A stretch of DNA of 64,000 nucleotides, taken from Candidatus Omnitrophota bacterium (GTDB lineage Bacteria > Omnitrophota > Gorgyraeia > Duberdicusellales > 4484-171). The position numbers and the translations under genes are program-made. How positions within the stretch are numbered: position 1 is the stretch's first letter; each line of letters starts with the position of its first letter. The notes below the pieces were generated by a model. It saw nothing but the letters and a program-made list of their open reading frames with translations. It did no database searches and had not been told where the DNA came from. Location: positions 933 to 64,932 of the forward strand of contig JAQUWY010000004.1 of NCBI GenBank assembly GCA_028692655.1, written 5' to 3'. This document shows positions 50,997-60,248 of this stretch, one piece after another.

Positions 50997-52040
50997 ATGA
51001 TAGTTTATCAACTTAAGAAATATTTTCTAAGAATATTAGGGTTTATAATTAAAAAACTCGATTACCCTTTATATCTTGCCAAAAAAAATACATCTAATAA
51101 ATGGAAGAAAAAATATGGTGGTGAATTTAGGATTGGGATGGATGACCCCGTTTTAAGTATTCTTTTTGACATAACAAGTCGTTGTAACTATAATTGCGAA
51201 TATTGTTCTTCCAGCCAGGTAAGGAACAAAAAGAGACATATCCTTCGATGCCGGGATGCTTTCCAATACTATTCTGTAGAAAAATGGGTGGAAGCATTCA
51301 GGTTAGTGGAATTTGAGTACACACTTACTATATCTGGTGGAGAACTTTTTGTATTAGGGGAAAATTTTCACAATTTTTTAAAAGGTGTAGCCGCTCTGGA
51401 TAATGTTAAGCTTATAACAATATGCACTAACGGGGCGCTAATAACCAAAATGGAACAGCTCGACGAAAAAGTTAGAGAGAAAACAACATTGATGGTCTCT
51501 TATCATCCTACCCAAATTAGTAAAGAGAGTTATGTTGAGGCAATAGACGATGTTTGTTGCCGCGGATGGCATATCGGAATGTTTGTCTACGTTATGGAAG
51601 CCAATCAAGTCGACCAATATGAAGACGCAAAGAAAATGCTTACGGATAGATATGCTGTTGGCTTGCTGGCCAATCCGGATGTAAAAAACAATTGCAAACA
51701 GCAGAAGTTAAAAGCATGCGGGAAGTATATTTCTCGAAAAGACCTGTTTCAAAAAGTAGGATCAACCACCTTCGGAAAGTTTTGTTTTTTCCCAGCTATT
51801 GCATATGAACTGTCAGCAACAGGGATAGCATATCGAGGTTGTACCGGAAAAGGAAAAACAAACTTTATCCATAACAGTAAATCTTTGTATCCCCTTAAAA
51901 GGCCTGTCCCTTGTCCTTTACCCGTATGTTATTGTCTTAATAAATATGCTTTTTTAGAAGATTTTTCTGAACGAGGCCGGGAATTAGACTTAGTTGGGGA
52001 GTATGCCAAGAAAGAAAAAAATATTGTTAATGAAATGTAA
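50997..52040 (+). CDS. radical SAM domain protein with a Cys-rich C-terminus
   Basis: Cx3Cx2C (CNYNCEYC) near residue 60 and ISGGELF. The C-terminal cysteines (CTGKG...PCPLPVCYC) suggest an auxiliary cluster. Confidence 0.65.
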   Translation: MIVYQLKKYFLRILGFIIKKLDYPLYLAKKNTSNKWKKKYGGEFRIGMDDPVLSILFDITSRCNYNCEYCSSSQVRNKKRHILRCRDAFQYYSVEKWVEAFRLVEFEYTLTISGGELFVLGENFHNFLKGVAALDNVKLITICTNGALITKMEQLDEKVREKTTLMVSYHPTQISKESYVEAIDDVCCRGWHIGMFVYVMEANQVDQYEDAKKMLTDRYAVGLLANPDVKNNCKQQKLKACGKYISRKDLFQKVGSTTFGKFCFFPAIAYELSATGIAYRGCTGKGKTNFIHNSKSLYPLKRPVPCPLPVCYCLNKYAFLEDFSERGRELDLVGEYAKKEKNIVNEM

Positions 52041-52084
52041 AAATGTATTAAGGTGTTAACTAATCTTAGCGATAATATTTCGTT

Positions 52085-53272
52085 ATGGATATTTTAATAT
52101 TTTGCAAAAGAATTTACAAAAAAGCCAAAAAATATTTAGCTAAATGTGTTTTCCAAATAAAGGCGAATATGTTTAATTCCATAGTCACTTACTGGGAGAA
52201 AAACGGCTTAGAGCTGGTGTATGTTAATTTTGCAGGAAAAGACAGTTTCAAGCAAGCTATCCTTAGTGACAGCCTCCAAATGTTTTTATTCGATAAAAAT
52301 CATTTATATAACATTTATGTTGGTGAGTTCAGAAAATATTTAAAAAAAAGCGATTACTCTACAATGAAAATCGATGATGATATATTTGCTTTTCCAAATT
52401 TGCATTTTTGGAGCCTAATCAACTTCACCACAAGGTCTTGTTTGCAAAGACGGCATGATAAAACGTATTTTGCAAAGGGTGTGTGTGTAGAGAATAAGGG
52501 CAGAGTTTTTATAGAATCCAAAGAGGCTTTCGGCTTTAAAAACGCATCTTCACAGCCAGTTCCTTCTGCACAGAAATTATCAAATAACACAAACCCAGAT
52601 AAAGTGATAATTACTACGGCATACAATTTTGGGTTTAAGCAAGTCGGAGAGATTTGTGCTTCGCGGATAAGGCAATACTGCGGGCAATACAACATCAATT
52701 ATATTATATTCCAAGCGGAGAAACTTACATCGCGTCCGTATTCTTGGAATAAGCTTTTATTCATGAATTACATTTTAGACAAGTATTTGAAGCCAGATAG
52801 TAACAGCTGGGTTATGTGGATTGACGCGGATGCAGTTATAGTAAATAATAGTTTTGATTTAATTAAACAAGTGATTAAAAAAGTTCCGGTCCAAACAGAA
52901 TTGGTCATTGCCAAGAGTAAATCAGCAGTTAATGCAGGGGTGTTCCTTTTAAGAAACTCTGATTTTATTAGAAAATTGCTGAAACAATGGTGGTCAATGG
53001 AAGAATATGCAACACATTATTGGTGGGAGCAAAAGGCACTTATAAGCTTGATGGATGAGAACTGGGAGAATATAAATGATAAGGTTTATTTTGTGCCCCA
53101 GAATATTTTAAACGCCTATACTTACGGAGTGTATGGCTGCGTTTTCCCCCAAGGTGAATTAAATTCAGAGTCGTTCATTTATCATGTTCCGGCATTGCCG
53201 AGGCGTGAAAGAATAGCGCGAATGCGAAAAGTATTAGCAAAAAGATGCTATCGTGTAAACAAAAAGGTTTAA
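52085..53272 (+). CDS. putative GT-A fold nucleotide-diphospho-sugar glycosyltransferase (GT34/DUF273-like C-terminal domain)
   Basis: C-terminal WNKLLFMNYIL...WVMWIDADAVI...NAGVFLLRNS...WWEQKAL resembles galactosyl/mannosyl-transferase-like GT-A domains. The N-terminal 170 aa or so are unassigned. Confidence 0.45.
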   Translation: MDILIFCKRIYKKAKKYLAKCVFQIKANMFNSIVTYWEKNGLELVYVNFAGKDSFKQAILSDSLQMFLFDKNHLYNIYVGEFRKYLKKSDYSTMKIDDDIFAFPNLHFWSLINFTTRSCLQRRHDKTYFAKGVCVENKGRVFIESKEAFGFKNASSQPVPSAQKLSNNTNPDKVIITTAYNFGFKQVGEICASRIRQYCGQYNINYIIFQAEKLTSRPYSWNKLLFMNYILDKYLKPDSNSWVMWIDADAVIVNNSFDLIKQVIKKVPVQTELVIAKSKSAVNAGVFLLRNSDFIRKLLKQWWSMEEYATHYWWEQKALISLMDENWENINDKVYFVPQNILNAYTYGVYGCVFPQGELNSESFIYHVPALPRRERIARMRKVLAKRCYRVNKKV

Positions 53273-53274
53273 AT

Positions 53275-54423
53275 ATGATACCTAAAAGAAATATTCTAGT
53301 TTTTGACCACATGTTGGTGATTGACAGCTATAAACTATTATATAAAAAGCTAATAGGCTGTTATGGCGTAAATTTATTGGCCATATGCCCTTCTTATGCA
53401 GTTTTAAATTTTCGTAATAATAGAAGAATTAATTCTACGATAAAAGATAACGAAAAAGAATGGATAAAAAAAATTAGGCCAATAGTTCCCATGAGTTCTC
53501 ACAGAGTGTTTTATAATCCCTTAAAAATTATCAAAATATTGAAAAAGGTTTCGTGGGATCTTATATATATAAATGGTGAGCCTGATTGGTTGCTTTCTAC
53601 GGAGATAATCTTTTTATCAAAGTTACTTCGGATGAAATCTAAAATATTGGTGCATACTTCAAGAAGCATTGATTTTACTATTACCGGATTTCCGTATAGA
53701 TTTCCCGGCATTACCAGGTGCATTGATTACTATGTCAGGAAGAATTGTGATGCTTTGATATGCGTCGGCCGGACGACAAAAGAAAGTTTTGAAAAATCAC
53801 CGTTTTCTTTTAAGCATAACAAGCTCTATGCTTTGCCATGGTATTTTGATGTTAACTTTTACAAAAGTCACCGCAGTAAGAAAAAGAATATTTCTATTGG
53901 CTATGTCGGTAGAGTCGAAGACGAGAAGGGTATAATAACGTTTTGGGAAGCAGTTAAAAAATTAGATAATACGATAGATTTCATTATTGCAGGCAACGGG
54001 TCGAGAGCTGATTGGTTGCGAAAGGAAATAGAAGCAATGAATGTGAAGTGCAAATTTATTAGAGATGCATCCCCTGAGGATATGCCGAAGATTTATTCTG
54101 AGATAGATATTCTCATAGTGCCGTCTTTAACAACAAGAACATGGAGGGAGCATTTTGGGCGCGTTATACCAGAGGCTATGGCATGTGAAGCGGCTGTTAT
54201 CGGTTCGGACTCGGGAGAAATCCCTTTTGTTATAGACGGAGCCGGATTGGTGTTCAAGGAGGGAGATCCTGCGGATTTGCTGGCAAAAATAAATTTGCTA
54301 ATCAACGACCAGGGTCTTTTAGAAGAATTAAGAAAGAAGGGTAGGCGTCGGGTATGTGAAAAGTTTTCTGTAGAAGCTGTAGCAACACAGTTTTATAAGA
54401 TTATTGAAGATACGCTTAATTAA
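53275..54423 (+). CDS. family 4 (group 1) glycosyltransferase
   Basis: C-terminal IGYVGRVEDEKGI...ILIVPSL...EHFGRVIPEAMACEAAVIGSDSGEIP is typical GT4. The ATG at 53275 follows the upstream TAA. Confidence 0.8.
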   Translation: MIPKRNILVFDHMLVIDSYKLLYKKLIGCYGVNLLAICPSYAVLNFRNNRRINSTIKDNEKEWIKKIRPIVPMSSHRVFYNPLKIIKILKKVSWDLIYINGEPDWLLSTEIIFLSKLLRMKSKILVHTSRSIDFTITGFPYRFPGITRCIDYYVRKNCDALICVGRTTKESFEKSPFSFKHNKLYALPWYFDVNFYKSHRSKKKNISIGYVGRVEDEKGIITFWEAVKKLDNTIDFIIAGNGSRADWLRKEIEAMNVKCKFIRDASPEDMPKIYSEIDILIVPSLTTRTWREHFGRVIPEAMACEAAVIGSDSGEIPFVIDGAGLVFKEGDPADLLAKINLLINDQGLLEELRKKGRRRVCEKFSVEAVATQFYKIIEDTLN

Positions 54424-54462
54424 TCGTACAAGGTTTTTACAGGCGTGAGATTGAATTAAAAA

Positions 54463-54873
54463 ATGTTAACATTACTTGCAAATAGTACAAATTCTTGTAT
54501 GAAACCGAGTAAATTCCATAATAATAGAGGGTATTTAAATTGGCTTGTATATGATACGATAGATAAGTTTTTAGAAAAATACTCTAAATACTTCAAGGGC
54601 CATTTATATGATTTAGGTTGTGGCGAAGCGCATTATAAAGAATATTTTTTACAATTTGCAGATAGTTACACAGGGGTGGATTGGGAAAAAAGTTTGCATG
54701 ATTCCAAAGCAGATATAATATCTGATTTCAATATTAGAATAGCAATAGACAACGAGGTGGCTGACACTATTGTATCTATATCTGTCTTAGAACACCTATA
54801 CAAACCACAAGTATTCTTGAATGAGTCATATAGAATACTTAAGCAGGGAGGAGCAATAATGCTCCAAGTGCCT
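54463..54873 (+). pseudogene. class I SAM-dependent methyltransferase, 5' portion interrupted by the IS element
   Basis: YDLGCGEAHYKEY...ISVLEHLYKPQVFLNESYRILKQGGAIMLQVP ends in a TGA formed by the first bases of the IS. Confidence 0.75.
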
Positions 54874-54951
54874 TGATCTTCCCCCGAAAAAGTGGACACT
54901 TTGAAGAGTTGGTAGTAGGATAAAACCAGCTCAAGGAAAAGGAGGTGTCTG

Positions 54952-55260
54952 GTGGACGGGGTTAAGCGTAAAATCAAACGCTTTGACAGGGATTTTAAGA
55001 TTTCAGCAGTGAAGATGATCACCGAAGGAGGCCACAGAGCATCGGAAGTGGCCAGAAGCTTAGGGATTCATTCCAACGTACTGTATAGCTGGAAAAAGAA
55101 GTATGCCGACAATGGAGATAAAGCCTTTGTTGGAAAAGGCCATTTAACCGAAATGGCAGCACTCCGTAAAGAATTACGCGAAACACAGATGGAGCGTGAT
55201 ATCTTAAAAAAAGCAGTCGGCATATTTTCAAAAGAAAATCAGAACGGTTCAGATTCATAG
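54952..55260 (+). CDS. IS3-family transposase OrfA (HTH)
   Basis: GTG start after AAGGAGG. KISAVKMITEGGHRASEVARSLGIHSNVLYSWKKKY is a typical IS3 OrfA. Confidence 0.85.
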   Translation: MDGVKRKIKRFDRDFKISAVKMITEGGHRASEVARSLGIHSNVLYSWKKKYADNGDKAFVGKGHLTEMAALRKELRETQMERDILKKAVGIFSKENQNGSDS

Positions 55261-56123
55261 ATCAATGCAGCTCTGATTATCCGCTCGGGATAATATGCCG
55301 GGTACTAAATGTTTCCAAGAGCGGTTATTATCAATGGAAAACCAGGCCTAAAAGCCAACTCCGGATAGACAATGATAAATTGCTCATTGAAATACGCAGG
55401 GTATTCTGGGAGAATGACCGTGATTACGGCAGCCCCCGGGTATGGAATCAGCTGCGCAATAAAGAACACATACCCTGTTCGGTAAACCGTATCGCCCGGC
55501 TTATGCGTATTGACAACCTGGTTGCCGTGCACAAACGTAAATTCCGGGTGACCACTAATTCTAAGCATGATTACCCGGTATGGTCTAATTTGCTGAACCG
55601 TAACTTTATGGTTACCCGGCCCAATAGAGTCTGGGTATCGGATATAACCTATATCTGGACTCATGAAGGCTGGCTGTACTTGGCGGCGATCATGGATTTG
55701 TATTCCCGGGGAATCATCGGCCTGGCTATGGATAAAACTATTGCCGACACTTTGGTTATGCAAGCTATGAAGCAGGCAATTCTCAGGCGCAATCCGGATG
55801 AAGGGTTGATTCTTCACTCTGACCGAGGCAGCCAATATGCCGGTAACGATTTTAAGGCGTTACTTTCCGGCCATAAGTTCGTTGGCAGCATGAGCCGTAA
55901 AGGCGACTGTTACGATAATGCGGCGGCAGAGAGCTTCTTCCATACGCTTAAGGTAGAGCTTATACACCGGATGAAATTCAGGACCCGGGAAGAAGCAAAG
56001 AGAAAAATCTTTGAGTACGTGGAAATGTACTACAACACTAAAAGGGCGCATTCAACGCTGGGTTATCTCAGCCCTTTTGAATTTGAAAATCGGGTTTCTC
56101 AATCTTTATTAACTGTCCACTAA
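55212..56123 (+). CDS. IS3-family transposase OrfB (DDE integrase core), expressed by a -1 frameshift from OrfA
   Basis: The -1 frame opens at the A7G slippery run (55206-55213). It has rve-domain motifs (VWVSDITYI, HSDRGSQYA, CYDNAAAESFF). Confidence 0.8.
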   Translation, partial: SSRHIFKRKSERFRFIDQCSSDYPLGIICRVLNVSKSGYYQWKTRPKSQLRIDNDKLLIEIRRVFWENDRDYGSPRVWNQLRNKEHIPCSVNRIARLMRIDNLVAVHKRKFRVTTNSKHDYPVWSNLLNRNFMVTRPNRVWVSDITYIWTHEGWLYLAAIMDLYSRGIIGLAMDKTIADTLVMQAMKQAILRRNPDEGLILHSDRGSQYAGNDFKALLSGHKFVGSMSRKGDCYDNAAAESFFHTLKVELIHRMKFRTREEAKRKIFEYVEMYYNTKRAHSTLGYLSPFEFENRVSQSLLTVH

Positions 56124-56137
56124 AGAGGGGAAGGTCA

Positions 56138-56458
56138 CCTTGGCAGTGGTGGGTGCATGAAATCCCTTATGATTATTTTAGATATACGCCGTATGGGTTA
56201 AGATACATGTTTGAAAAAGCTGGATTTAAAGATATAAGTATAGAGGCTTTATCTGGTTTTTTTGTTACGTCGATTCTTAAAATAAATTATTTTAGTGCTA
56301 GATTTATAAAGGGGCCCAAACCTTTGAGATGGCTAATTTTATATTTACTTGTCCCCATATGGACTATTTGCCAGTTTTTGGCGCCATATCTTGATAAATT
56401 CGATAAAAATTGGGATGCAGAGGCTGTGGGATATATTGTATTGGCATGGAAAAGGTAG
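56138..56458 (+). pseudogene. 3' portion of the IS-interrupted class I methyltransferase
   Basis: HEIPYDYFRYTPYGLRYMFEKAGF is the typical C-terminal segment of Methyltransf_11 proteins. It is in frame with 54463..54873 once the IS and one CCT are removed. Confidence 0.7.
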
Positions 56459-56500
56459 GAAATCTACAATAATTTTTAATTTTCCTCAAATCTATACTAA

Positions 56501-57703
56501 TTGCATCAGATTTTTCAGGTAAAAGCCAAGTCACCAAACGATTATTGTATGCTTAAAAGGGGTATTTTCACTAAAAAAATTAATTGGATTATAGCAAATA
56601 TAGCAGACGCAGTTGGTTTTAGCCTATTGGATATCTGGAAGCGTGTATCTAAGTGCAGAAATCCCGAAATGACCAGTATAAAAAAAATTTTGGTCATAAA
56701 AACAGATGGAATCGGAGATATTTTGATTTCTCTGGGTTTAACTAGACTGATCAAGAAACTTTATGCCGATTCCAAGGTAGATTATTTAATCCGGCCCAAA
56801 TCAAGCGGAATAGCTAAAATGACACCAGATATTAATAAGGAAATCCAAAGTTGCTCGATATGGCAGGATATAGCCAATGTTTTGCGAATGAGGAAATATA
56901 AGTATGATCTTGTTATTAGTCCCAAGCCGCAAGGATATATTTTTGATCACATGTTAGCGGTTTTTGTGCAGGGTAAACACAGGGTAGGCTATGCTGCAAA
57001 AGGCGGGGGATTTCTCTTAACGGAGGTTGTCCCCTGGCAAAAAGAAAAGAGAATAGACTTATTGATGGCCGACATCGCGCGACTGCTGGGCAGTGCCGGA
57101 AAAAATGAAGGGATTGCGTTATCTATTCCTAGTGAGGGCAGTATTTTTATAGATAAACTTTTTAAAGCCAGTAATATTTCAGATAATGATTTGAAAATTG
57201 GAATAAATATTTTTGCCGGGCATCCGTTTATTTGGCCATTAGGTAGGTTCCAGGAAGTATCCGAAAAACTAATCAAAAATCATAATGCCAAAATTATATT
57301 CATCGGGGATAATGATCATAAGGAAAAAGTCGAAAAAATAATGAGGAAAATATTGTTTCCTACTATCTCTTTTGTTGGTAAGACCAGCATTGTACAGCTA
57401 GCAGCTTTGATTAAGAAACTAGATATTTTAATTACAGTAGACTCATGCCCTAGGCACATTGCCAATGCTGTTTCTACACCCGCAGTCGTATTAAGAAATG
57501 GGGCAAACTCAAATGTCATCTGGGGGGAGTACTGCGAAAATGAGCACTTAATTTTTCATAACGTACCGTGTTCACCATGCGGGAAAAAAATCTGCCCGGA
57601 AGGCAAAAGGATATGTATGACGAGCATTACCGTCGAAGAAGTCTTGGCAGGTATAAATAAGATAATTCATAAAGTCAAAGAGAAAAAAGATATTAATCTT
57701 TAA
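56501..57703 (+). CDS. family 9 glycosyltransferase (ADP-heptose:LPS heptosyltransferase-like)
   Basis: KILVIKTDGIGD and the GT9 two-Rossmann layout. About 55 aa of N-terminal extension are shared with its neighbour. Confidence 0.7.
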   Translation: MHQIFQVKAKSPNDYCMLKRGIFTKKINWIIANIADAVGFSLLDIWKRVSKCRNPEMTSIKKILVIKTDGIGDILISLGLTRLIKKLYADSKVDYLIRPKSSGIAKMTPDINKEIQSCSIWQDIANVLRMRKYKYDLVISPKPQGYIFDHMLAVFVQGKHRVGYAAKGGGFLLTEVVPWQKEKRIDLLMADIARLLGSAGKNEGIALSIPSEGSIFIDKLFKASNISDNDLKIGINIFAGHPFIWPLGRFQEVSEKLIKNHNAKIIFIGDNDHKEKVEKIMRKILFPTISFVGKTSIVQLAALIKKLDILITVDSCPRHIANAVSTPAVVLRNGANSNVIWGEYCENEHLIFHNVPCSPCGKKICPEGKRICMTSITVEEVLAGINKIIHKVKEKKDINL

Positions 57704-57757
57704 ACAGCAAAATATAAAAAGGCAAAATACTCTTGTGTTTAAAAAGTTGTCTATAAA

Positions 57758-58984
57758 ATGATTAAAATACATAACCAAGTTAATAAAACAGTAGCTTTGG
57801 TTTTTGATTGTATTGGTAAAATAATATTTTATTCTGGGAGTTTTTTTGGCTTGTGGGGCATAAAAGCAAATAATCCAGCAGAGATTAATCCACGAAAGAT
57901 TCTTGTTGTAGAAGAAGAACCATTGGGGGACGTGATCACCTCAACGCCGGTTTTCATTGCCTTAAAGCATAAATTTCGTTTTGCTCGTATATCGGTTATA
58001 ACAAACGTTACCGGTAGCAGAATTTTAAATAATAATCCTTATATTGATGAAATCATAGTCGAAGAATGCCCATGGACATATTCGAAACAAATAAATTTAT
58101 TACAGATGGTTAATCATCTACGATATTTGAAACACTATTTAAAATTAATCTACATATTAAAGAAAGAAAGATTTGATTTAGGTATTGAGTTAAGAGGAGA
58201 CATCCGTAATATTATCCTCTTCCTTTTTTTGCCAAATATAAAATATACCTTAAGCTACGATAGAACGGGAGGAGCATATTTACTAAACGAGGCGGTACCT
58301 TTCGATATATCTCAACATATTATAAAAAGAAAAACTAATTTGTTAAAACGAATCGGTATTGAAAAAGCAGACACTAAGATGCAAATATACTACTCCCCCG
58401 AAGATTTTAAAAAACGGGAGGATATCTTTAGGCGTTATGGAATGAAAGAAAATGATTTTTTTACTATTATTCATCCGGGCGCAAGTCAAAAAAATAGATG
58501 GTGGTTTCCAGAACGATATGTTGAAGTGGCTAATTTTGTAAGAAAAAAATACGGAGGTTGTATCATATTGACAGGGACAAAGGAAGAACTGTCTTTAACG
58601 GAAAAGATCTCTAATTTAATGAAGGTTAACGACAAGACTGTAAATCTTTGCGCTAAGCTAACGATTGCTGAAGTTGCCGCGTTATTAGAAAAGGCTGGTT
58701 TGCTTATTTGTCCAGATACAGGCATAATGCATCTGGCTTGCGCTTTTTCAACTCCCACTGTTGCCATTTTTGGTCCGGGTGATATTAATATCTCAGGCCC
58801 GCATCAAAGAAATGTTTGCATTGTACAAAAAAAATGTTCTTGCGAGAGACCGTGTTATTTGCGTAACTGCAAAAGGAAAATAAATGGCATAAGCGCTTGC
58901 ATGGGCATGATAGGTGTTGATGAAGTGATTGGTGCTATAACTTGTCTATTGGAAAATACTAAAAAGAACACGGGAACCGGGTGA
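57758..58984 (+). CDS. family 9 glycosyltransferase (heptosyltransferase-like), second copy
   Basis: KILVVEEEPLGDVITS...IIHPGASQKNRWW...CPDTGIMHLA. Paralogue of the upstream GT9. Confidence 0.7.
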   Translation: MIKIHNQVNKTVALVFDCIGKIIFYSGSFFGLWGIKANNPAEINPRKILVVEEEPLGDVITSTPVFIALKHKFRFARISVITNVTGSRILNNNPYIDEIIVEECPWTYSKQINLLQMVNHLRYLKHYLKLIYILKKERFDLGIELRGDIRNIILFLFLPNIKYTLSYDRTGGAYLLNEAVPFDISQHIIKRKTNLLKRIGIEKADTKMQIYYSPEDFKKREDIFRRYGMKENDFFTIIHPGASQKNRWWFPERYVEVANFVRKKYGGCIILTGTKEELSLTEKISNLMKVNDKTVNLCAKLTIAEVAALLEKAGLLICPDTGIMHLACAFSTPTVAIFGPGDINISGPHQRNVCIVQKKCSCERPCYLRNCKRKINGISACMGMIGVDEVIGAITCLLENTKKNTGTG

Positions 58985-59001
58985 AATAAAAATATATTTA
59001 A

Positions 59002-59363
59002 AAAAGCTATCTTCTGAGAATAGATGCTATAATTAACGATGGGAGATTAAGGGAAGATGTTATCTTTACCGAGTATGTTCCTTCAGGAAATTTGCCCGCG
59101 TTTTATACCAACGCGAGCGTGTTAGTTTGCCCAACGTTATTTGAAGGTTTTGGGTTGCTTTATGCGGAACCAAAGCCTGGCGTGTGCCTGGTAGGTGCTT
59201 CTAATACGAGTTCGATTTTGGAATTAGTCAATCCCGCGCGATATTAGCTAATTTATGCAGTATTAAGGAGATGGTTTCGGCGACGCAGAGAATCGTTGCA
59301 GACAGTGAAATATGGTTGAAACTAATAAGAAAAAAGTTGTGCCGGGCAGGATCATTATCTTAG
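59002..59363 (+). pseudogene. C-terminal remnant of a family 4 glycosyltransferase (frameshifted, no N-terminal domain)
   Basis: ...DVIFTEYVPSGNLPAFYTNASVLVCPTLFEGFGLLYAEPKPGVCLVGASNTSSILELV shows the GT4 C-terminal motif region (PS.yEGFGl...SNtsSipE). It continues in another frame to about 59363 and lacks a start or N-terminal Rossmann domain. Confidence 0.5.
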
Positions 59364-59402
59364 ATAAAAGGCGTATAAAAATGCTAAAAGCTTTCGAAAA
59401 AT

Positions 59403-60224
59403 ATGGTCTTAAATCGAAGGATTAAAATAGCGTATTTCTGGATATTTAAAAAAAAACATAATGTAAGAATAAAAGAACTTTTTTATTTTATCCGAAAGCC
59501 GCGGGTTGAAAGAATAGGTTTGAGGTTTATAAAAAACATCAATTATTCAAATGACTTTAAAATAGTTTCATTTAAGTCAATGCGCAATGAGTTATATTTA
59601 CCTTACAGTTATAGACTAAACGAATTATATAGAATCTGCGCCGAAACTTTTGATACAAGTGACTGGCATCATTATGAAAATGGAGTAGGTAAGGTTAATG
59701 AAAACGATATTGTGGTTGATGCCGGTTCTGCTGAGGGGTTGTTTTCTTTGTCAATAGTCGAAAGATGTAAAAAAGTTTTTGTTGTTGAGCCGAATAGAAA
59801 TTTTATTCGTGCCCTGAAAAAAACTTTTGAGCAGTTTAATCCGCAAAAAGTGGAGCTGTTTAATGCTGCTTTGGGTGATAATAACGTTTTGGCGAAAGCA
59901 ATAGGAAAAGGAATCAGCGGCAGCGTTGTTGAATCAAAAAAAGGCGATATAAAAATAACCACACTTGATAATTTATTGAAAGATAAAGGCAAAATAACCT
60001 ACATAAAAGCTGATTTGGAAGGTTGGGAGATGAAAATGTTAATCGGGGCTAAAGGTATTATTTCAAAGTATAAACCCAAAATTGTGATTACCGCATACCA
60101 TCGCGATAACGAGCAAGGAAAAATGATAAATTTTTTAAAACAAATCGTTCCAGAATATAAATACAGGGTTAGAGGGATTTCGCAGTATTCTGGCAGACCT
60201 ATTCTAGTTTGGTTTTGGGTATAA
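59403..60224 (+). CDS. FkbM-family methyltransferase
   Basis: VVDAGSAEGLFSLSIVERCKKVFVVEPNRNF matches the Methyltransf_21/FkbM signature. Confidence 0.7.
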   Translation: MVLNRRIKIAYFWIFKKKHNVRIKELFYFIRKPRVERIGLRFIKNINYSNDFKIVSFKSMRNELYLPYSYRLNELYRICAETFDTSDWHHYENGVGKVNENDIVVDAGSAEGLFSLSIVERCKKVFVVEPNRNFIRALKKTFEQFNPQKVELFNAALGDNNVLAKAIGKGISGSVVESKKGDIKITTLDNLLKDKGKITYIKADLEGWEMKMLIGAKGIISKYKPKIVITAYHRDNEQGKMINFLKQIVPEYKYRVRGISQYSGRPILVWFWV

Positions 60225-60248
60225 ATAGCCAATGGAAACAGAGCAAAG

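Larger units (their letters stand above)
54874..56137 (+). mobile_element. IS3-family insertion sequence (1264 bp) with about 27-bp imperfect terminal inverted repeats and a 3-bp CCT target duplication
   Basis: The left inverted repeat is TGATCTTCCCCCGAAAAAGTGGACA. The reverse complement of the right one is TGACCTTCCCCTCTTTAGTGGACA. CCT flanks both ends (54871-73 and 56138-40). Removing the IS plus one CCT restores the methyltransferase frame. Confidence 0.8.
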
